NCBI GenBank assembly: GCA_022641095.1
Contig: JALCDB010000006.1
Span: forward strand, 3,423 to 67,422
Direction: 5' to 3'
Length of the DNA: 64,000 bases
Origin: Bacilli bacterium
GTDB taxonomy: Bacteria > Bacillota_I > Bacilli_A > RFN20 > CAG-826
The position numbers were made by a program, and so were the translations under genes. The notes under the pieces are model-generated. The model did no database searches. It was not told the origin of the DNA and worked only from the letters and a program-made list of their open reading frames with translations. Shown here in pieces: positions 45,586 to 55,000 of this stretch (within the stretch, counting starts at the first letter, position 1; each line of letters begins with the position of its first letter).

Positions 45586-47200
45586 ATGAAAAAGTATCTC
45601 TTTTGGTCTAAATGGGGCTATGCGTTATTGATACTCCTTTCTTTGCTAAGCGCGGTTTTAGATTCTGGAATTGCCATAGTGATAGAGATTCTTGTCAACT
45701 ATATCTCTTCCCCCAATTTTGTAGTAACGACATTTTGGGCTTATGGGGGAGCCGCTGCGATTTATTCCTTGGCGATGATCGCCTCGTTCTATTGCTTTGA
45801 TGTATACGCCAATTGGTATTTGGAGGAGGCGGTGAGAAGACTGAATGATGACCTTTTCTCCTCTATAATGCGTAGAAACGGAGCTGATTTTAAAAAAGGC
45901 GGCGTCTCCGCTTATCTCTCTAACCTCACGACCGACTCCAACCATGTGACAAATCATTATCTTGGGCCCCTCGTTTTTTTGCCTGGTTATTGTTTCACTT
46001 ATTTATCGGCTCTAGGAATATCCCTTTATATCAACTGGTCAGTGGCCTTGATCTTACTTTCGTTTTCGGTTCTGGTTTTTATTTTGCCCTGCCTCTTCAA
46101 CAAACCAATGAACAAGAAGAACCTTGCAATACAGGAAAACTATGGCGCTTTGTCTCAAGTTTTCAGGCAATTTCTTGAAGGACACGGCGTTATCAGAAGC
46201 GCATTCGCTCTTGACTATGCTATGAAGAAAGAAACTGACGCTGAACTCAAGGCCACGAAATCAGTATGGCGACAAAATCGTCTTTCCACAGGAGTTTCCT
46301 CATTAGGCAATCTGCTTACGACGGTCATGCAATTATGCGTGATTGTGATAACCGGAATCCTGGCCTATAACGGCAAACTGGGCATTGGCTCGGTTCTGGC
46401 TTTCATCCAATTAGCCAGCAACCTTTATAACCCCTTGGGGAGCTTCGTGAATTCCCTTTCCAGCATAAAAGGAATGAAAGACGTCAATTCCAAACTGGTT
46501 TGTATTATCAGCGACAAACCCAAACCCGATAATGGCCATGACATTGCTTTTTCATCTTCTTTAAGAATTGAGAACCTTTCTTTCTCTTATGGGAAACAAG
46601 CCATCCTTTCCCATTTCTCTCATTCCTTCGAAAAGGGTAAGAAGTATCTGATTCTTGGACCATCCGGTTGCGGGAAAAGTACCTTACTCTCTTTGATTGC
46701 CGGAGACAGTGACGATTACCAAGGTTCGATTAAGATCGATGACGACGATTACCGCACGATTGGGTTGAACTCTATTCCAAAGTCGGTTTACCTATGTGAG
46801 CAGAATTCCATTATTTTTACTGGAAGCCTCAAGGACAACATATTCCTTGGCGCCCCTTTGGACAAAAAGAAACTTAGGACAGTAATCAGCAACGCCGGTC
46901 TTTTTTCTTTTCTAAATGAACGCGGGCTTGATTCACCTCTAGACCCCGAACTTTCCGCAAGCAGTGGCGGCGAAACGCAAAGGATAGCTCTAGCGCGAGC
47001 CATGTATCATGATCCCAAAATCCTTTTGCTCGATGAAATAACGGCGGGCCTCGATGAAGTTAACAATAAAAAAAATCCAGAAAACCATTCTTTCATTAGA
47101 CGCTACCGTTATTTTTGTTTCGCACAATGTTCCGAAAAATCTATTGAATGACTATAACGAAGTAATTTTTATGGGAAAAACCGAAGAAATGGCTGAGTAA
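45586..47200 (+). pseudogene. ABC exporter (fused TMD-NBD half transporter) with a +1 frameshift in an A8 run
   Basis: Track ORF 45586..47151 has six TM helices, Walker A GPSGCGKS, signature SSGGETQRIALAR and Walker B ILLLDEITAGLD. It then ends in nonsense (NPENHSFIRRYRYFCF...). The adjacent frame from about 47075 reads IQKTILSLDATVIFVSHNVPKNLLNDYNEVIFMGKTEEMAE* (H-loop) and stops at 47198-47200. The switch point is the A run at 47068-47075. Confidence 0.75.
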
Positions 47201-47380
47201 GAATTCTTCTTGATTGTCACTCTAATTGCAAGTTTCAATGGCGAATACAACTGGAATAAAGCCGCTTATGACCTTCGTTATTTCTTTGTTCTCAAGAATC
47301 GGAAAGCAATTCACAAAGTATCCATTGATATCGCTATCTTGGGATCTGGAAACCCCAACGGCTCAACAATCTTGACGTGT

Positions 47381-47420
47381 GTAGCGAAACAAAAAACATA
47401 TTGAGCCTAGTTTGATTGAG
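47381..47420 (+). repeat. left copy of a 40-bp direct repeat (CTTGACGTGTgTAGCGaaACAAAAAACATATTGAGCCTAG)
   Basis: It matches 49508-49547 at 37 of 40 positions. Both copies encode the same short C-terminal peptide (LTC(V/I)A(K/R)QKTY*). Confidence 0.6.
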
Positions 47421-47472
47421 GGCAAGGACGAAACGACAAATGAAGTTGTATTGTGAATAGACGCCAAGCGTA

Positions 47473-48883
47473 TTACTTAACGAACCATTTCTTCGCTTTG
47501 GTTTTCCCCACTATTTCAATTGCCCCTTCGTTTTTCAGGCGTTTGATCATCCTCCTTACCGTCCTGTCGGTGACGCCTAGCGCTGCCGCTAGTTCAGCCT
47601 GGGTGATCGTTTCGCTAGCGCGGATCATGTCAATTATCTTTTTCTCGTTCGGGGATAAAAGCAACGTTTGTTTGTTGCCAGAACCACGATTCGCCAGATC
47701 GCTCTCCGCCTCTTTACGATAATTGGAATTGGCTATTCTTACGACGAAAAAGGATGATGTGCTTGAGAACGTGACATGATTCATGCCATCTTTGAAAAGG
47801 GCGTTGGTCTTGTTTGTGATGTTTTCAAGGCCGGATCCTCTTTCGTTCATGTATTTGAGTTTCCAAAAAAGGTCAGAGATAATCGGGTTCCTTCTCATCG
47901 ATTCCATGGCAAAATCTATTTTCTCTGGGATTTTCTCGCCGGAGAACATCCCCCCAGGCGAAGAAATTTCAATCCTGTCGTCATATATGTTCAGGCAAAC
48001 CTCGGCTCCATGGTTGTTGTAATCCCGGTGAATAATCCCATTCACCAAAGCCTCGGTGATGGCCTCTTCGTCGTAGTCCGGGTCATAGATGGTCTTGGTT
48101 CCTTCTTTGTGCCATCCGATTTTGGTATTGTTCCTCCAAAATAGCAAGGCATCGGAAAGCTGCTTCAAAAGACTGCCAGAGAACGTCTTGTCATCAGCCG
48201 CTTCTTTCTCACCCACTTTGTTAAGACCGTTCCACCTTGTGCAGAAAACACGACTGTGCCTATAAGGGTTCTCATCGGCCAAAAGGATTCCGGCGTTGGT
48301 GAGATGGCCTTCTTTGTCGGAAAGCCCAAACGAGCGGAAGTCTTGCTCGTTGAAGGTGGTTTTGGTCCGTTCTAGAAAGACGGAACGGAGGGTAGAGAAT
48401 GAGAACTCGCTTTTCTTGTATCCGGTGACTATTCCGTCATAGGTTTTCCCCTGCCCCCTGAGAATCAGTTCATTGAGAATGTGGGTTGGGGTCTCAATGG
48501 ACTCGCTGCCAGCCCGGATATAGGAAACGCAAACCCCATCGGCCTTGTAATAATAAGGCGTCGATTGCCCAGGCAAGACCTTGAGCTCTATCAATAATTT
48601 CCCTTTTTCTTTGAAAGGCTTGAGGAAATAAATTGGCGTCGGATCAATTCTTTGGTTTATAAGTTCAGAGATCTTCTCACCGCACCTTTGGGCGTCGGAA
48701 AGCCCGACCGGGCGTTTGTCGTTGCTTACCCCGAAGAAAAGCGATCCGCCGACCCCGTCGGCAAACGCCGAAACCGACTTCAGCCAGCTCTTCGGTTTTG
48801 CTTCTTCCAGTCTCTCTTTATAGTCGCAGTCGGTGCATTCTGAAATGAGTTCGCTGAGCGTTTTGAAATCCTCCCGAACCCAT
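47473..48883 (-). pseudogene. AlbA_2 (Schlafen-like) + HATPase_c_4 + C-terminal HTH protein with a disrupted start
   Basis: Track ORF 47473..48594 starts at an internal TTG. The same frame stays open to 48882 and encodes the missing AlbA_2 N-terminus (DCDYKERLEE...SVSAFADGVGGSLFFGVSND). That stretch has no start codon and is preceded by TAA. An ATG at 48883 is out of frame by 1 nt across ATGGGTT. The HATPase_c_4 motif IIHRDYNNHGAEVCLNIYDDRIEISSPGG is present, and the C-terminal HTH reads ITQAELAAALGVTDRTVRRMIKRL. Confidence 0.65.
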
Positions 48884-48900
48884 TATAGCCTCCATTAAAC

Positions 48901-48946
48901 ATTTAGGACATGATTTAGGACACATTCAGGACATGATTTAGGACGC
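48901..48946. repeat. four tandem 11-12-bp direct repeats, ATTTAGGACA(T/C)G
   Basis: The sequence is atttaggacatg / atttaggacac / attcaggacatg / atttaggacg, lying 18-65 nt upstream of the ATG at 48883 (minus-strand gene). Confidence 0.6.
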
Positions 48947-49507
48947 ATGCGCCAAAAACCGATTCAGGAACTGAGTTAAATTACCAATGGTTCAAAAAAG
49001 TTGCGTGAGAAGGGCGCAGGCGATGAGACGCCGACCTCTAGATTCGATGTCGTCAAAGCGAACCAAGAAAACACAAGGGCGAGAAGACTGAGCCTCCAGG
49101 AGGGTTGATTAACTCCTCCATCAACGAAATTCTTGTTATTGATAAGGAGCGCATCATCCACTTGGTCGTAAAAAACGAAACCTATATATAAACAAGAAGA
49201 TTGGAGGCAATGGGAAAGCCCTCTCTCATATGTTTGAAATCGGGCATGGCAAGTATCCTGTAAATACCTGTTCCAAGACATACAAAATCAACTATGAAAT
49301 AATTTGGTTTGAGCAAAGTTTATAAACGCACAAAAAGCAGGTCTAGGTATTGCTCAGGCCTGTTTTGGTGTTCAAAATGCGTTTTATGAACGGAAGCAAC
49401 ATGAGTTATTCCCGATTGGGAAAACAGGCAAACAACACCTAAACGCCGACAACACGCCTTCAACGGGGGGCAACGGATTGCTTCCTTAGCACTAAAGCAA
49501 CTACCGT

Positions 49508-49547
49508 CTTGACGTGTATAGCGCGACAAAAAACATATTGAGCCTAG
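49508..49547 (+). repeat. right copy of the 40-bp direct repeat
   Basis: See 47381-47420. Confidence 0.6.
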
Positions 49548-49665
49548 GCGAACTGATGGCATGGTGATATCTCCTTTAGACGAAAACGACGCCTGAAGCC
49601 GCAGCACCAATTATGGCTTTAGATAGCCTCAGGCGCCTTGCTTTGGATAACGCTTTCTTTATTCC

Positions 49666-50712
49666 TTATCCTTTCGAATATCTTGCGTTTTTGGTCGATC
49701 CGCTCTTAACCGCCTTCCCTTCCTTCACCATTTTGGCAAGCACCGCCTCGATTGTGGTAACGCTCACGTCGGGGAGAAGGGAGGCGATATCCATTTTACT
49801 GACGGGCAATAGCGAATTCAAAACGGCTTGTTCGACCCTTTCGGTCTTGCTGACTTTGTTATCGCGCAAAGTCAGGAACCGCCTATCAAGTTCTTGGTAG
49901 CAACGGAACAACGTGAATATGGTATTCCCCACGAACGGAATATAATCGTTTTTCCCTTCATGCCATCCTAATGAGGATTGTTTAAGGGCTTCGTAGTATT
50001 TTCCTTTGTCTTTGTTGATCTGCTCTTCGAAAGAAATGTATTTGGGCACATCGAACCCGGCTTTGTATAAGAGGAAAAGGGTAAGGAGTCTGCTCATCCT
50101 TCCGTTTCCGTCCTTAAAAGGATGAATGCAAAGGAAGTCAAGGATGAAAACAGGAATAAGAAGGAGCTGGTTGACGCCGGAATCGTCTCTGGCGTCGAGG
50201 AAGGCCCCAACGAACCGCTCCATCGTCTCAGGCGTCTCTTTCGCCGATGTCGGAACCCATCTAATAAGCGTTGTTCCGTCGCCCCGTCTCTCTCTTATGA
50301 GGTTATCCTCGCTCTTGTACTGCCCTCCATACGGCAAGGCAGTGCGCGCGAGCATCATCCTATGAAGTTCCTTGATGAGGGCCTCGCTCAAAGAAAGGGA
50401 CTCGTAATTCTCGTGAATGTAATTCAAGGCGTCGCGGTATCCGGCGATTTCCTCCTCGCTGTGGTTCCTAGGGGCGCTGCTTTCGTTGACGATGGCCCTA
50501 ATCCTCGAGTCGCTTGTAATGATCCCTTCGATGGCGTTGCTGCCTTTGACGGACTCCACGATGGCGGTTTTCCGTAGCCCCGTGAAAACGTCCGGGAACT
50601 TATCCTTGAGCGAATCGGATTTGGACTTTAGCCCATATATGAAGGAGATGGACGAAAGAAAACCGGATGGGACCAAAAGGGATTTGAGGAAAGAATAATC
50701 AAACATTCTCAT
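49666..50712 (-). CDS. Fic-family protein (class II, N-terminal inhibitory helix) with a C-terminal winged-helix
   Basis: The Fic motif is HPFKDGNGRMSRLL, matching HxFx(D/E)GNGRxxR. The inhibitory motif is SNAIEG, matching (S/T)xxxE(G/N). The C-terminal region ASLLPDVSVTTIEAVLAKMVKEG is wHTH-like. Confidence 0.9.
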   Translation of the reverse strand: MRMFDYSFLKSLLVPSGFLSSISFIYGLKSKSDSLKDKFPDVFTGLRKTAIVESVKGSNAIEGIITSDSRIRAIVNESSAPRNHSEEEIAGYRDALNYIHENYESLSLSEALIKELHRMMLARTALPYGGQYKSEDNLIRERRGDGTTLIRWVPTSAKETPETMERFVGAFLDARDDSGVNQLLLIPVFILDFLCIHPFKDGNGRMSRLLTLFLLYKAGFDVPKYISFEEQINKDKGKYYEALKQSSLGWHEGKNDYIPFVGNTIFTLFRCYQELDRRFLTLRDNKVSKTERVEQAVLNSLLPVSKMDIASLLPDVSVTTIEAVLAKMVKEGKAVKSGSTKNARYSKG

Positions 50713-50724
50713 ACAAATAAAACT

Positions 50725-50833
50725 TTCTGCATATATTTTATATTAGATAATGCAGATTAACAACAGTATATGCAAATATTTCTGCATATTCGATAATTTT
50801 TTTATGCATATTGTCACGAAGATATGCAAATCG
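50725..50833. repeat. two degenerate ~55-bp units, each with three (A/C/T)TGCA(T/A/G)AT boxes, in the Fic upstream region
   Basis: TTCTGCATAT, A(A/T)TGCA(G/T)AT and (T/G)ATATGCAAAT each occur twice, about 54-55 bp apart. Coordinates are within 1 nt. Confidence 0.5.
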
Positions 50834-51989
50834 AAGAAAGTGAAGGCGGATTTTTGCAAAATGTCGATTCCATTGATCATTTTAGGGACGTGTTTCGCAT
50901 AAGGGTACGCTTTTTTAAAGCCACCAGGAATTCATTGGAATCTGAAAACGCGTCCTTCCAGCAAAACCCCGCTTTTCGCTCTTATCGATCTTCTTATGCA
51001 ACGGCGAAACAACCATCCCAACATGTGCTTAGTGGGGTCAATGCGACTATGGCCACCACCTTCAGGCTGGGCTGCATGACATGTCGGCCACTGGGCGAGG
51101 CCATGTGACAACCTCTCGTTTTTCCAACGGAAATAACCTGTTTTGAAAATAACTGTCATTGACGAGGAAGGCATGGATGCTTTCCTAAGTATGTTGACGC
51201 TAAAAAGAGAACATATAGTACGGCACAAATCCGATTCCGCTCCTAATGGCTCGCCACTTGTGCCAGGTCAAGCAGAAACCCAAGCAAACTTAGATGATAA
51301 ATGCCGTCTTTGTCATAACCATTCGGTTCCGATGTATCCTCAACGATGATTTTCCTAAAGGCATCGCCTCATAGAAAACGGCTCTTTTCCCCTAGTTTGA
51401 CTTTCCTTGGGGAGATGTGGATTCGGAATAGCCTTAGCCAAGGCGATCTCGTCGATGAAAACATAATTCACGCCTCCACTGAAAACTTTATCCACATATG
51501 TAAGATTTTTTCATCAGCAATCTTACAGGTGGTCTTCTACGCGAAGAAAAGGGGCCATAAGCATAGGCCAAGGAACAAACAAATCCAACCATCGTTAAGG
51601 CGCCTAGAGTGCAGTTGTGGACACACGAGAATAGAGAACTAAAAAATAGTCTTTTCACATTCTTATCGGATTTTTGATACTGGCCAAAATCCCAAAGTGT
51701 AACATCGCCTTTTTGAGATAGTGTTAAGGGCAAAACGCAGTGATGGAACATATAAAACAGATTGATTGGCAAAAACAAACCAGTTTCCCCAAAATATGCA
51801 TTTAATCGGGGAAAATTAAGGACTTTGAAAATAATGCTCTTTACCTCTCAAAGGAAGTTAGAAAGCGCTTCAGGCATCAAAGAGATGACATTCAAAGAAG
51901 AACGGCCACATCTGCTCAAAACCAAAACGTCAAAAGAAAAATAAAACATCGAGCAAATAACCCGTATAATTGTGATTATCCAATATAGT

Positions 51990-52004
51990 GGGCAATCATT
52001 GCCC
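51990..52004 (+). promoter_or_regulatory. 7-1-7 palindrome GGGCAAT-c-ATTGCCC between a TATAAT box (51965-51970) and the RBS of the helicase gene
   Basis: Read directly. No good -35 was found. Confidence 0.3.
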
Positions 52005-52039
52005 CAATTCGCGTCATTTTTCAACATCGGAGTGATTAA

Positions 52040-55000
52040 ATGAGGAATTACATCAGCTCACAAGAAATTTTCATCTTTGGATATACAATTTCTCAAACGG
52101 CCGAGATCCATATTAATTCCACAGCAAACGAAGACATGTTTAAGGATGTCGAAGACCATCTTTTGAAATTGCGGATTTTGGCCGTTGGAAGTTATGTCAA
52201 CTATTACCCATTTGAACTTGAGTCAAACAGCCGGATCTTTAGTTCTTTATCCCGCTTTAAATTAAACGATTGGTATATTGCCGCTGGATTGTTCAGTCAA
52301 ACGGACGGTCATTGTTTCCGCGTCTTCCTTATTCACAAAACAGAGCGAGATTGGGCGGTTTCGTATGATTTGGCGGCGCGTTGCGTGGTTGCTATTACGA
52401 ATATCGGTTTTGGTTTAATCGACGAAAAAGGCGACGAATACCACGGAGATAATGTCTATGGTCTCTTAGGTTTCGATGAGCCGCCAGCCTTACCGAAGGC
52501 GCGCTTTCAACTAGACACAAAAGGTCACGCGCCCAACGAAACCGTTGTCCCGAAGACAACGCAAGAACAGGTTATTGAGAATCCGAGAATATCCAGTTCG
52601 GTCTACCTTTTTATGCAACGCGACGGAAGCGATGTTCGCTTAAACGACGGGAGTCCGATGTTCGTCGACGCAGCAAACCAATTGAATCGCCTTCAATACT
52701 TCGATCCCTATTCCTCTCGTATTCTTTATTTTCCCTTTTGTGCCGAAAACGATAAAAGGATCAACGACATCGAATATTTCGTGGCATCGAAATGGTTTAT
52801 TGTTGGGGCCCAACTCTCATCAACGGGTTCGATTTATTCCCTTTTGCTGGCCTATAAAGCCGACCCGTCATTTGCTTTTTTGGCCTCCCCTTGGCGACAG
52901 ACCTATTATTCGGTTATGAGCAATGGCTACAACGCCAAGGTCGATGGCAAAGTAATTCCGTATGATGAAATCGCCCAGCGCCTTCCTCTCAGCGTTCTTG
53001 AAACCGTTCCATCATTGGCTGATGTTGCCGAAATCAAGCGGAAGGAAAAAGAGAGCGAGCAAAAAACAATTGGCCCGTCAAAGGACCCTCTTCTCAAAAA
53101 CAATGCGGCGTTGACCGAAAACATAACGGTCGGGACGCCGGCTTCTCTAATTAATGAAGAATCCAAAACCGGAGAAACGATCAACGAATTGGCTCCAGCA
53201 ACGCATGATCTCGCAGTTGAGGAGCCAAGCGTTGTAACCCCAAGACCCGAAACGCCGATTACGCCAACCGAACAAACTAAAGCGCCTCTTGATGTTCCGA
53301 CTTTCCAAAAACAAGCGAATCCCGAGGCCAGGACCGCCGACAAGCCGGAGAGCAAAGTTGCCGAACCGGAGCTTTCCCCAGAAGAACAATTCGTCAAAGA
53401 GCAAGAGGCCACCACCTCTTTGTTGGCGAAGCGCCACGTTTACGCCACGCGGAAATACTTGAAAACAATCGACGATCTCAAAGACAAATACAAAAACGAA
53501 CTTCGGGATGCTTTGGGCAAAATCTATCAAACTCTATTGACCGACAATGACGAAGACCTCGAACAATATCTTCGCATCAAACGAAGCACGGAAATAAACG
53601 GCCTCGAAGACTTTAATATCTACAAATTTCGGGTCGCGAATTCAGGAACCTTCCAAGCCTGCCGTCTTTTCTACACGCGAGGATATGATTTGAAGCGGCA
53701 TATTGAGCCGAACGCCATCGTTCTTCTGTATTTCAGCGACACCGGCGAGCATGACCGCCAAGGCAAAACGGCCCGTCAAATCGAAGAAGACGAAAAAAAA
53801 GATGAAAGCATCATTGAAAACGACATCATTAATCTTCATGGTCGCGATCCGATTATTGAGAAAGAACTGTATCGGATTACCTTCCAGCAATCAACCGATG
53901 CCAGTAAACCGAAATTCAGCGAGTACGGCGTTTTGTCTTTAGACCAGGCCGGCCTTCTCGAAGCGACCAAAGCCCCTTGTGCTTTCGGGGGTAGCGCAGG
54001 AACCGGAAAGACGCTGATGAGCATCGACCTCTACCGAAGCCTCGAGGAAACCTACCCAGACCAGCGGATCCTCTATCTCACTTATCAATACGCCCTAAAA
54101 TGGAAAGTCGAACAGCAATTCCAAGAATTGGACATCCCGGCGGAATGTTTGACATATCAGGAGTTGGCCGAACAGATTCTCGATGATGGAAAAACGTATT
54201 TCGGCCAAGAGAAATTCACGAAGTGGGCCCGGTCGGTCTACGCCATGGCGAGAAACCAAAAGAACAATTTACTAAAAATTGCCCCAACGATCGACGAGGC
54301 AATATCGATCGCTTACGTCTTCTACCGTGGGATCATCGAGGGAAGAAGCCATCAGTTCAGCCGGAATGACGCATCTTTGCTGAGTTCTAGTGATTTTAAA
54401 GAAGAGATCAAATCTGAGATGGGATTCGATTCGACCCAAAAAGAAAAAATCTACGATATCGCAAAGGCTTATCGAGTTTACGTTGATCGTTTAAGTGGCC
54501 GAACGGACAACATGGCAGCCGAAGAGCTGTTAGCGAAAAAACCGGCTTGCTACGATGCCATCATCGTCGATGAGACTCAGGACCTGACCGAGCTTCAGGT
54601 CTTGTCAATCTGCGCCTTGCTGAAAGAAGGATCCAAAAAACTGTATCTCTTCGGGGACGACAACCAAGCCATCAACCCGACGATATTCACAATCGAAAGT
54701 GCGGCCAGTTGTCTGAAAATGGGTTTGGGGCCCGGGATCGACGTTCCAATCCAAAACTTGCGAGGCGCCTATCGCAGCTCAAATTTCTTGGTTAGTTATA
54801 TCAACGAAATTAACCGGATCAAACGAAAGGCCATCGGTGCGCAAGGCAATGGCAACGATGACGACGAGCAATCTTTGCGAAAAGACGAAAAGGGATCGCT
54901 TCCGCGTTTGATCACTAACGAAGAGCTTGAGGATGAACTTCTGTCATCCCCTTCCACCTTTCAAAGCGATACTATCGTCATCGTCGTTGACGATGAAGCG

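Noticed and set aside
47210-47404. The 64-aa ORF downstream of the ABC exporter, considered as a real gene.
   Set aside because: It has no RBS or recognisable motif. It is of interest only because its 3' end is duplicated at 49508-49547. I leave it unannotated as a CDS.
48901-48946. Whether the short tandem repeats here, or those at 43027-43093 and 50725-50833, could be a CRISPR array.
   Set aside because: The units are 11-29 bp, directly abutting or degenerate, with no unique spacers of 25-40 bp. There are only 2-4 copies and no cas genes.
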